Shown: piece after piece, positions 9,655 through 19,810 of the stretch
How positions within the stretch are numbered: the stretch's first letter is position 1
Layout: the number at the start of each line of letters is the position of its first letter
From: Spirogloea muscicola
Taxonomy: Eukaryota
Length of the DNA stretch: 20,000 nucleotides
Direction: 5' to 3'
NCBI GenBank assembly: GCA_009602725.1
Contig: WELB01000026.1
Span: forward strand, 120,963 to 140,962
Notes under the pieces: model-generated
Databases searched by the model: none
What the model was told of the DNA's origin: nothing
What the model saw: the letters and a program-made list of their open reading frames with translations, nothing else
Made by a program: the position numbers and the translations under genes

Positions 9655-10320
9655 GTGCTCAACACCCCCTCTTGAGAAGCCGCAGGTCAGACAAACTAGT
9701 CACCCGGTAGCGGTCCCCTGTCTGTAGCCAGAGGCTGCAGCCAAAAATTGGAGGCCAAGCCTAGCCAATAAACAGCCTAGGCAACAGAAGGCAACTAAAG
9801 AACAGCAAAGCTTCAAAATACTGGGCGATGACAGTGAAAGGCCAGCCCAAGCAAGGAAGCTCTCCTACAGAGAGAAAAGCCCTCTCGGAAAGAAAGAGAG
9901 AAAGGTCGCAGATGCTGCCCCGGCCAAATAAGCAAGCATGCCAACCATCTGGTGGTGGATGACAACGCCCCACTTGCGGTAGACGTCCATGGGGCAGTGG
10001 CTGTTGAAGTCCAGCCCAAATATTTTAGAAAGGTCCACAGGAGCCGTAACCACCTAGGAAGCAAGTGACCACTACGGATGGCCGCTCAACAACCGACTAG
10101 CCAGAAGCCACAGCCGAGAAAGCCAGCAGCCACAAGCTATCTCCCCGCTCATAGGTGGAAGTGGCAGGCAGGGGCCGCGGCCAGCACGCAGAAGCAAAAC
10201 GTAAGCCAGGGAATGCCGTGGAGATGTGGCAGTCGCACGCGGAACAGGAAGGCCTGACAGCCATGGCGTTGCAGTCTGGCTGCTCTTCTTGCTACTATAG
10301 ATCACCGCTCGTAGCAAACA
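9655..10320 (-). mobile_element. Highly decayed CRE RLE/C-terminal remnants
   Basis: AAASG..QG.....SLSDLRLLKRG at 9742-9665 and RHSLAYVLLLRAGRG at ~10220-10170. Sequence between them is only weakly recognisable. Confidence 0.5.
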
Positions 10321-11666
10321 CGGGTGCAGAAGGCAAAGCTACCGAGCCTTCAACGCCCCGTTGACGTGCATGGCAAACACGTACGGTCATTATCCACCAT
10401 GTGATTGGCATTCTTCAGTTGCTTGGCTGGGGCAGCATCAACGACCTCGTGCCCTGCCTTCGACGTTCGGGGGGCTAAGTCGGTGTATTTAAAAGCTCCG
10501 TGCTAATCAATCAACGGTAACGCTGGAATCCCTGCAAGGCGTGCTGACCGTCACCTTGGCAGGCCTTGTATGGGGACTGTCGGCCCGGACCTGGATGGGC
10601 ATCACTATTCATCTCTCTATGTGCTGTATATCATGTACTGCATTTGATCCCGTGCCTTCAGGAGGATGGCAAAGAACACAGCTTCTGAGGAAATCATAGG
10701 CAGCCGTCAATCCCATTGAACATGTACAGCGGAGTCCCTCTGCCGCCAGCTCCGTAAAAGCCATGCTCCGCTTTCCACTCTCGCTCTGCGACACACCAGG
10801 GGGAGATGGTGGAGCAAGGCCAAGGAGGTGGTGGCTGCCCGGATAGAAGAAGGCCTTGGCCCCTTTGAACCTTTGTCATTTCTATTCGGGCTGGCTTTTC
10901 ACAGCCCTTGCCCCCGTTGGGAGAGCCACTTCTTCTCAAAAGAGGTGAGTGCTGTATAAGAAGGTAAGCATATCCATAGGGGGCGAGGACTGTGAAAAGC
11001 CAGCCCGGAAAGGAGAAGGTCTGAAGGGGCCGAACAGCGCTGAAAGCAAGTACTGAAGGATGATCGTACAGTAACCACTAGATAGCAACCGCAAGACAGA
11101 AAGAAGAAGTGGCTCTCCCAACGCGGGCAAGGGCTGTGGAAAGCCAGCCCGAAAAGAACAAAGGTTCGAAGGGGCCAAATGACGTAGGGGTCTAAAGCGC
11201 TAAGCAGCTAGGAAGGGGCCTGAAGATGCTACGAAGGGGCTGGAGAAGACAGAAAGTCGCGAATAGGAAAGAAGTTGGATCTTCCAAGGGCCCCTTTTCT
11301 GGCCCCTACGAAATTGTTCATTCCTTCTTCCTGGGCTGGTCAAATGCAGCCATCGGCCTCTACTGGAAGACTCATATCCAAATGGGGCGGAGGCTGTAAA
11401 TGAAAGGAAATTTTTTTTCTGGCCCCTTCTGGCCAGAAAACCCCACGCTCCGCTAAGGGGAATAACGTGTATTGAAACAAACGAAGGCTGAGGGGGGCGC
11501 CCCTCCGTCATTGTGGCTTAGGCCCCTCCGTCATTTGGCCCCTTCGAACCTTCGTCAATTCTTTTCGGGCTGGCTTCTCACAGCCCTTGCCCCCATTGGG
11601 AGAGCCACTTCTTCTTCTTCTTTCTTCTGGCCAGAAAAGCGTTCAAGCAACCAGCTGTGAATGAGT

Positions 11667-12262
11667 GAAGTGGCTCTCTCAATGGGGGCAAGGGCCGTGA
11701 GAAGCCAGCCCAAAAAGAAATGACAAGGTTCGAAGGGGCCAGACTACGAAGGGGCCAGAAGCACTACTCAAAACTGGGGTAGGATGAAGGAGGAGCGAAC
11801 TCTCAGTAACCTCTCGTCAGTAGATGCAAATCTGAATAGCTATCAGGCGGAAAGACGTCGCCCTGACGGAAGCCGGAGGCCGCCGCCAGAGCGCGGCCTG
11901 CGCGCAAGTGGACCGCAAAAGCTAGGGACCGCTGCAAAGAGACGGCCAGGCGCATCCGGAAAACTTGGGCGAGGGACCCGGCGACATGGAAGCCAGGCTG
12001 CTCGCCCTGCTACCCGTGGCGGCGGGCCGCTGCCCGCCGCGCAAGGCGGTGAAGTAGGTCAAGCTATTTGGCGCCATAAGGCGCCGTGTACGTCGACGGC
12101 GAGTGGGACAAACTCGTCGCCTACCGGGCGATCCGAGTACTTGCGATCCTTTGCGTCGGCCGCTTGGCGGACGGCGTAGCCCGCCTCCTCCGCCGAGCGT
12201 GTAGCACTCCTGGAATCCAAGGAGTCCGTTGTGACGACGTCGGCAATGAGCCGAGGCCCCTC
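11667..12262 (-). mobile_element. 5'-truncated family F CRE retrotransposon: RLE C-terminal half, 3' UTR and terminal motif
   Basis: Manual translation GPRLIADVVTTDSLDSRSATRSAEEAGYAVRQAADAKDRKYSDRPVGDEFVPLAVDVHGAL.../LDLLHRLARRAAARRHG*QGEQPGFHVAGSLAQVFRMRLAVSLQRSLAFAVHLRAGRALAAASGFRQGDVFPPDSYSDLHLLTRGY* (stop 11803-11805). Contains one frameshift and one internal stop. Confidence 0.9.
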
Positions 12263-12307
12263 CTAAACCCCGGGCCGCCGCCGGCGCCTTCGCCGGCGGC
12301 GCCCGCC

Positions 12308-15300
12308 ATGGGGTCCGCGGCGGCGTGCAAGCCCCCTCCCTACTCAGCCCCCGCGCCGGCTCCCGTGGCCACCGTCACTCCCGCCGCTGCCGCGCCGCCT
12401 GCCGTCGCCCCACCCGCGCGTTCTCGGCGCCGCCTTCGGAGCCGGAGCCCCGAACTTCCCCCGGCCAAGTTCGCTTGGGCGCAGCGGTTCCTCGCCTTCT
12501 CCGCTTTCCATGCCGCCACCACGCCCCCTCCGCCGCCGCCCCCTCCGCCTTTCCCCCTCCCCGCACCATCGCCCCCACCTGCGCCCCCCCCATCTCTCCC
12601 GCTGCCGTCTTCCCCGCCTGTGGCATCCGCGCGCGTGCTGTGCCCAACTTGTCCGCGGGATTTTGCTACTCCCCGCGGTATCTCCTCGCACCGGAGACAC
12701 TGCAAGGGGTATCCCAGCCCCGCTGGCTCGACGCCCGATGCGGCCGCCGCAGCCTGCACCCCCAATGCCACTGTCTTGGCAGCCGCACTTCAGGAACAGA
12801 TCCCGGAGGAGCATATCTCGCCTCCCGCCCCAGGGCCGCCGTCACCACCGCCGTCGCCGCCGCCGCCGCCATCTCCGCCGCCGCCGTCGCCGCCGCCGCC
12901 GCCACAGAGTCCACCTTCGCCGTGCCAGCCAGCCGATGCGGTCGTCGCGGCTGGCGGCCCCTTCGCCATGATCCTGGCAGCCTCACCTCAGGAGCAGACC
13001 ATGGAGGAGCATGTATCGCCTCCCGCCCGTGAGAAGCAACGGGCACCTGCTTTATCGACTCAGCCCTCGAGATGTGAAGGGCCCCCAGAGGTGAACCCGG
13101 TCTCTCCGCAGGGTGCCTTGTCCCCTGGGCGTGATGCTGCCCCTGATATCCCCGTGAGTGAGCCTTCCGTGGCAGCAGGGCCGCCGTCCCCACCGCCGTC
13201 GCTGCCGCATCTGCCGCTGTCTCCACCGTCGCCGACGTCGCCACCACCGCCACCCCAGCATCCTCCTCCGCTGAGCCAGCCACCTGCCTCGTCCTCGCCG
13301 CCGCTTCCCGGGTCTGCGCTTCTGCCTTCCCAGCCACCCACCATCCCGCCTCTCGAGCCGCCCTGCCCCCCACCGTTGCCGCCCCCGACGCCGCCCTCGC
13401 CACCGCCGCCTCCGCCTCCACCGCACGCACCAACTCCACCACCCTCGCCCCCACCTCGCTCGCTCGACCCCCTGCTGTGCCAGCACTGCCAGACGACCTT
13501 CACCACGCGGTCAGGCCGGGCCAACCACGAGCGCGCCTGCGCGCTCAACAACAACCGTGCGGCACAGGCGCGGAGCGCAGCGGCTGCGGGCGGCCGCCGG
13601 GGCAGACCAGGCAGGCCTGTCCCTCCCGCGCCAACCCCTCCCACGCCTCAACACTGGCAGTGGCTGGCCGGCCTCGACCTCGCTGCCATCCACCGCCAGG
13701 CGGCCCTCCCGCTCCTCCGCCATGTGCCCCGCGGGGTGCGCCCGCACATTCGCCGCGCGCTCCGCCCGGCGATGCAGCGGATTGCCAGGGACCACGGGGA
13801 CGAGGCGGCTTGGAAGCAATTTCTCCTCTTCCCCCGGCTACTGCTCGGTCGGGCCCCCCACGACAGCCGCTGGCAGGGCCAGCAGCCCCTTCTGGAGCGC
13901 GTCCGATTGTTCGAGAGCGGCCACTGGGAGGAGCTTCTCGCACGCCATGACGCAGCGGTGGCGGCCTCGGCGGCGAACCGAGGTGATGCGCGGGCCGCAC
14001 CAGACAGGGCCGCCAATGCTCGCCGGGCTCTGCGTTTCGGTCGCGCGGGCGAGTTGTCAAGGGCGGTCCAGGCCCTGGACGATGCGGTGCTGGCGCCCAC
14101 CAATGCTGCCACAAGAGCGGCCCTGGAGTCCCTGCACCCTGCGGCTCGCCACCCCCTGCCCCCGTGGCTGGCCACCTTCGCACCGCCGGAGGAGGTGGTC
14201 CTCGAAGCCGACGCCCTGCGGAGGGCCCTGCAGAGCAGCCGCCGCGTGGCCGCGGGCGGTCCTTCCCACATGCTCACCGAGCATCTCCGGGAGATCTTCC
14301 TGGAGGGCGACCCGGCCAACTTCCAGGCGCTCCACCAGGTGTGCCAGCTTCTCGCTCGCGACCAGGTCCCGGCCAGCGTTCGCGGCGTCCTGTGCACCAG
14401 TACATTGCTGGCGCTCAGCAAGGCCGGTGGGGGAGTCAGGCCCATCGCCATCGGTGAGGTGCTCTACCGCCTGGTGGGGCGCGCGCTTTGGCGACAGCAC
14501 GCAGGGCAGGCCCAGGCACACCTGGCGCCCCAACAGTTTGGTGCGGGGCTGCGGAGCGGCGGTGAGACGGTCGTGCACGGCGTACGGGCCGCCCTGGACC
14601 TGCATCCCGAGTGGGTTGCCATGGCGGTCGACGTCCGCAACGCCTTCAACAGCGTTGATCGTGGTGTCATCGCGGAGGAGCTGAGAGAGGCCTTCCCCAG
14701 CCTTCTACCCTTCTTCAGGCTGGGGTACGGTCAGCCATGCGAGCTGCAGTGGCGGGCGGGGGGTGATGCGCTGGAGACCCTCCACTCCACCAGGGGCGCG
14801 CGCCAAGGGGATCCACTGTCGGGGTTCTACTATGCGTTGGCCCATCACCGTGCGCTCCAGGCAACGGTCGCGGTTCACCCCGGCGTCCTCGTGCCGACAT
14901 ACGCTGATGACACCACGCTGGTGGGGAAGCCAGAGGAGGTCACAGCTGCCTTTGACACCCTCCAAGTGCAGCTGAACGCGATCGGCCTGGATATTCGGGC
15001 GGACAAAGTGTAGCGCCTGGTCCCCTGAGGGCCTGCCAGCCCACCTGCGCCTGCCCGAGGGTTGCCAGACACCAGCCGGGGGCCTCACCCTCCTCGGCGT
15101 CCCCCTAGGCGCACCTGCCTTCGTGACAGAGCAGCTGCAGGCGCGGCTGCAGGAGCACCTCCGGCCAGCGGACCGTCTCCACATGCTCCACGACATGCAG
15201 CTGGCGACTGCGATGTTGACACGGTGCATTGCGCAGCGGCCACAATATCTGGCCGGCACCATCCCCCCCTCGTCGGCGGTGAAGGCAGCGTATGCGGCCT

Positions 15301-16110
15301 TTGACTCCGGCATCCTGGCGTCCGCGGCCACCCTGGTGCAGCACCCCGCGTTCCTCACCACACCAGCTGCGCTGCTGCAGGTTAGCCTGCCGATCAGCCG
15401 GGGCGGCATGGGATGCCGCTCAGTTGCCCGCGGCTGCGAGGCGGCCTACATGGGTAGCTGGGCTCAGGTGGCAGCCCCAATGTGCCAGAGGTTCCTCGTG
15501 CACGGCCAGCGCCTCCTGGAGCGGGTGGCAGCTGAGGTGGAGATCGGTCAGCTGCCTTTTCAGGTTGCCCTCCGCTCTGCCCGCGACGGGCTCCTGGCGG
15601 TCCACCCCCACATATCGGAACAGGCCGTTCCTTTCATCCACCTCGCCCACACCCCAGACCAGCGTGCCCAGGCACGCTTCTCGGCGCTGGTTGAACAAGC
15701 GGCCTCCGACCAGGTGGTGGAGCTTCTCCCTTCGGCTGACCTATGAGGGCGCGCCCGGCTGCTCTCAGCCTCCTCCCCTGGGGCGGCGGCGTGGCTATCA
15801 GCGCTTCCACTCCACGCGGCGCCCACTATGCCCAATGAGGTCTTCCGGACGGCGGTCCACAGGCTCTTGGGCCTCCTCCCCCCCTGCCTCGTGGGCGTCA
15901 CTCAATGCGAGTACGGTGCCCGACACGTTGATCCCGCGGAGCTGGCCGCCCACATGCTCCGTGGCGCCCACGGGGGCGAGCGGACCGCTTCCCACGACCT
16001 CCTGCGCGACGGTATGCAGGGGGTGTTTTCGGAGGCGGGCTTCAAGGTCGCGGTGGAGAACTCCTCAATCATGCCCATCAAGCTGGGCGCGGACGGCCAG
16101 CCCCATACGC
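12308..16110 (+). pseudogene. Disrupted polyprotein of copy A (zinc fingers, reverse transcriptase, thumb/CCHC region)
   Basis: Likely start gccATGg at 12308; the track's start at 12086 lies within the antisense family F fragment. Zinc fingers at 12641-12703 and 13478-13540, YADD at 14900-14911. A +1 frameshift at ~15005-15007 (restored reading DKCSAWSPEGLPAHLRLPEGCQTPAGGLTLLGVPLG), premature TGA at 15744-15746, and a damaged knuckle (CEYG...HMLRG). Confidence 0.9.
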
Positions 16111-17346
16111 AGCTGGCGTATGGCAGCTGAGGTGGAGATCGGTCAGCTGCCTTTTCAGGTTGCCCTCCGCTCTGCCCGCGACGGGCTCCTGGCAGTCCAC
16201 CCCCGCATGTCGGAACAGGCTGTTCCTTTCATCCACCTCGCCCACACCCCAGACCAGCGTGCCCAGGCACGCTTCTCGGCGTTGGTTGAACAAGCGGCCT
16301 CCGACCAGGTGGTGGAGCTTCTCCCCACGGCTGACCTGCGAGGGCGCGCCCGACTGCTCTCAGCCTCCTCCCCTGGGGCGGCGGCGTGGCTATCGGCGCT
16401 TCCACTCCACGCGGCGCTCACAATGCCTGACGAGGTCTTCCGGACGGCGGTCCACCGGCTCTTGGGCCTCCTTCCCCCCTGCCTCGTGGGCGTCCCTCAG
16501 TGCAAGTGCGGTGCCCGACACGATGATCCTGCGGAGCTGGCCGCCCACATGCTCCGTTGCGCCCACGGGGGGGAGCGGACCGCTTCCCATGACCTCCTGC
16601 GCGACGGTATGCAGGGGGTGTTTTCGGAGGCGGGCTTCAAGGTTGCGGTAGAGAACTCCTCAATCATGCCCATTCAGCTGGGCGCGGACGGCCAGCCCCA
16701 TACGCGACGCGCTGACCTGGTCGCCATCCCTCCCGGCGGCGGTCCCCGCATCATCGCTGATGTGGTGACAACAGACTGCATCGACTCCGCCAACCCCACC
16801 AGATTGGCGTCATTTGCAGGGCACGCGGTCGGCCAGGCGGCCCGCGGCAAGGAGCGAAAATACGCTGATCACCCGGTGGGGGATGAATTCGCGGCCCTGG
16901 CGATGGATGTACACGGGGCTTTCGGCAGCCGCTGGCTGGATCTCATTCAGCGGCTTGCTCGCCAGGCCATTGACCGGCGGCCGGGTCTGCCAGGGGCGAT
17001 GCCCGGCTTCAACGCCGCCGGGTCGCTCGCACAAGTCTTCCGCATGCGCCTGGCCGTATCCCTTCAACGCTCCCTTGCCCACGCCGTCCATACGCGCGCA
17101 GGGCCGTGCTATGGCCGCCGCCTCTGGGTCTCGGCGGAGCGCCTCTTTCCCTGCAGCGAGCTACTCAGACCTGATGTTGCTCACTCGTGGGTACTGAGCT
17201 TTCCTCTGCATCGTTTCTGTGTTCTGCAGTATGTTGTAATGTAGTCCTTTCTCCGGCTCCTCTTGCTTTGGCTTTGGACATTGTCCATTCTTTTTTGGGC
17301 TGGCTTGGCCAGCCCCTCTTTTCTATGGGCGCCCTTTTCTCCGTCT
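16111..17346 (+). mobile_element. Copy B: 5'-truncated same-family element nested in copy A, with CCHC, RLE and complete 3' UTR
   Basis: 16121-16705 repeats 15526-16110 with about 30 substitutions by manual count. Intact CKCG...HMLRC, SHD, RRADL...IIADV...KERKY and AMDVHGAFG. One +1 G at ~17101-17103, true stop at 17197. Flanked by the direct repeat CATACGC (16104-16110 and 17347-17353). Confidence 0.88.
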
Positions 17347-17772
17347 CATACGCGCCGCGCCGACCTGGTCGCCATCCCGCCCGGCGGCGGTCCCCGCATC
17401 ATCGCTGACGTGGTGACAACTGACTGCATCGACTCCGCCAATCCCACCAGATCGGCGTCGTTTGCCGGGCACGCGGTCGGGCCAGGCGGCCCGGGGCAAG
17501 GAGCGAAATTATGCTGATCACCCGGTGGGGGATGAATTCGCGGCCCTGGCGATGGATGTACACGGGGCTTTCGGCAGCCGCTGGCTGGATCTCATTCAGC
17601 GGCTTGCCCGCCAGGCCATTGACCGGCGGCCGGGTCTGCCAGGGGCAATGCCCGGCTTCAACGCTGCCGGTTCGCTCGCACAAGTCTTCCGCATGCGCCT
17701 GGCCGTATCGCTTCAACGCTCCCTTGCCCACGCCGTCAACACGCGCGCAGGCCGTGCTATGGCTGCCGCCTC

Positions 17773-19460
17773 TCCAGCCGGCATCCCTCCCTCAATCAAG
17801 CTGCCGGCTGGGTGCCAGACCCCACCACTCGGCATGGTGGTGCTTGGAGCCCCGTGGGGGCTGCTGCGCATGTGGAGCAAGTTGTGGAGTCCACTCTTGA
17901 GAACCATCTCCAGACCCTCCCGCCCTCCCCTCCTTACAGGACGCGCAGCTTGCGGTGGCCATCCTCACTCGGTGTTTGGCCCAGCGTCCCACTTACCTGT
18001 TGCGGACTGTGCCCCCCACTTCTGCACTAAACGCCATCTACTCTACCGTGGACTCTAGACTCCAACAGGCTCTTCACGGCCTGGTGGACCATCCCAGTCT
18101 ATCCTCCACGCCAGCGGCCATCCTACAGTGTACACTTCCTACCAGCAACGGCGGTCATGGGTGCCGTCCACTGGCTCGCCTGTCCCAAGCAGCTCACCTG
18201 GGTTGCTGGGCTCAAGTGGCCTCCACTATCTCCAGTCGCTTCATCCTGAGGGGCCAGGCTGTATTAGCACCCGCCAGAGCGGGTGTTGCAACAGGGAACC
18301 TGCCCTTCCAGCTTTCTCTAACTGCAGCACTGCGTGACCTCTCGCGCTCTTTACCAACACTTGCAGAAGGTCATGCAGATTCTGCGGCATGGGCACGCTG
18401 TTCGGACAGGAAAGCGCAGGCCCATTACACTCACGCTGCGGACGTGCAGGCCGCCTCCGAACTGAAGGAACTGGTCAAGGACGATTGACGTACTACCCGG
18501 CTCCTTTCCATCAGCTCCCCGGGCGCGTCTGAGTGGCTAAATGCTCTGCCGATATACGAGTCCCTTCGGCTCTCAGACAACCTGTTCCGTACAGCGCTCC
18601 ATCACCACCTCGGCCTCCCCCCCCCTTGCTTGGCTGGCTTCCGCCAGTGCGAGTGTGGCCATATTGCCGATGACAAGCTCGCTCTAGCTGTGCAGATGCT
18701 GAGGTGTGTTGAGGGGGGTGAACGCATTGCCTCCCACGACTTACTCGGGGATACTATGTTTTGCATTGTGCGAGAGGCGGGGTAGCATCCGGCATGGAGG
18801 TGTCCGGCATCATGCCAATCTCCTCAAGGCGCAGCAAGCCATACGTGCGGCGTCTGGACGTGGTCGCCACCCTCCGGGGCGGTGGGCCTCGTCTGCTCCT
18901 GGACGTGGTACTGATCGACGCATACAAGGCTGGCGCACCCACATCAATCGTGTCTGGCTGGGCCACGTCCAGCGTGGAGCACAAGAAGGAGCGGCACTAC
19001 CAGGACCATCACCAGAGGGGACAATCTTTGTCCGTGTGCCATATATATCTGCAGAGGCTACGGCTTAAAATGGTCCTCCCTGATCCTGCATCTGGACCGG
19101 TTGGTTGATGCGCGTCGTCGAAGTCGGGGGGGCAGCTTGGGCCACTCCAGCATTCCTTAGGCCTTACAGATTGCGGCTCTCGCTTAATTTGCAGCGCTCG
19201 CAAGCATTGGCTCCTCATCAACGTGCAGGGCGCGCTCTAAGTCAGGCCTCCGGCTTTCGTGGCGGCGCGCCAGCTCCCCAAATTAGCTTGTCGGATTTGT
19301 TAGTGCTCACCCGGGGGTACTAACGTCACCTTCAGCATCTCACTTTAGGTCTCCGTTTTATGTAGCCTTGTTTACTTTGCACTAGGCTCTGCCTGAACAT
19401 TCTAGTGGCTCGACTTGGCCTCCCTTTCAGTTCAAGCGCTCCGCGCGCTTTCTCTCTGGG
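17773..19460 (+). mobile_element. Copy C: 5'-truncated, degenerate, divergent CRE family (post-RT region, CCHC, RLE, 3' UTR)
   Basis: PAGIPPSIKLPAGCQTPPLGMVVLGAP, AILTRCLAQRPTYLLRT, LPTSNGGHG, CECG...QMLRC, RRLDVV...LLLDV...KKERHY and RLRLSLNLQRSQALAPHQRAGRALSQASGFRGG...SDLLVLTRGY* (stop 19323) are colinear with A/B. Several frameshifts and stops. Confidence 0.88.
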
Positions 19461-19516
19461 TTGAGCCTCTTACAGCAGCTCTTCCTCCGGCTCCTTCAGA
19501 CCTTGTCCATTCCTTT

Positions 19517-19630
19517 GAAGAAGTGGCTCTCCCAAGGGGGGCAAGGGCTGTGAGAAGCCAGCCCGAAAAGAATTGACAAGATTCGAAGGGGCCAAATTAC
19601 GAGCTAAGCAGCGACTGCGGGGCCTGAAGA
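19517..19630 (-). mobile_element. Family D 3' UTR end with terminal motif
   Basis: Near-identical to the reverse complement of 6060-6173. Confidence 0.85.
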
Positions 19631-19810
19631 AGTGTGAGTAGTTGTTACAGCCCTTGCCCCTATTGGGAGAGCCACTTCTTCTTCTTTCCTTTGGGCTGGC
19701 CTCTCCCAGCCACCAGTTAATCTGGCCGCGCTTGCTTCTTCCACCGTCGTGACGAGGGGCTGTGCCAGCGAGGGCGCCCCCACCGTCCTGATTGGGGTTT
19801 CATGACTTGA

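Larger units (their letters stand above)
12265..17772 (+). mobile_element. Near full-length CRE-clade-like (RLE-type) non-LTR retrotransposon, copy A (12265-16110 plus 17347-17772), interrupted by copy B
   Basis: Single-ORF layout: Pro-rich N-terminus, two zinc fingers, RT, CCHC knuckle, RLE. RT motifs GGVRPIAIGEVLYRLVGR, QFGAG, DVRNAFNSVDR, GARQGDPLS, TYADD and LLGVPLG are characteristic of CRE/SLACS/CZAR-like elements. No APE domain and no LTRs seen. Confidence 0.92.

Noticed and set aside
5178..11740. CRISPR-like array formed by the recurring ~75-nt repeat
   Set aside because: Copies are irregularly spaced, on both strands, too long and attached to retrotransposon UTRs. The context is eukaryotic and has no cas genes.
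12276..12301. Perfect 11-bp hairpin just upstream of the ATG at 12308 as a 5' regulatory element
   Set aside because: The stem is composed only of G/C in very GC-rich low-complexity DNA, and there is no second copy to test conservation.
12086..12307. N-terminal 74 aa of the 975-aa ORF as real protein
   Set aside because: Most of it (12086-~12262) is the antisense strand of a family F RLE fragment, and the open frame there is fortuitous.
12500..13460. Extensin/pherophorin cell-wall gene
   Set aside because: No signal peptide, and it is in frame with zinc fingers and RT, so it belongs to the retrotransposon ORF.
14200..15013. Bacterial RT system (retron, DGR or group II intron)
   Set aside because: The RT motifs, downstream CCHC plus RLE, 5' truncations and TSDs all indicate a eukaryotic non-LTR retrotransposon.
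15526..16705. Simple recent tandem duplication or LTR pair
   Set aside because: The copies are about 5% diverged and coding, and copy A resumes at 17347 behind a TSD. Nested insertion explains this better.
12325..17100. Many overlapping alternative-frame and antisense ORFs
   Set aside because: They are shadows of GC-rich retrotransposon coding sequence, with no motifs of their own.
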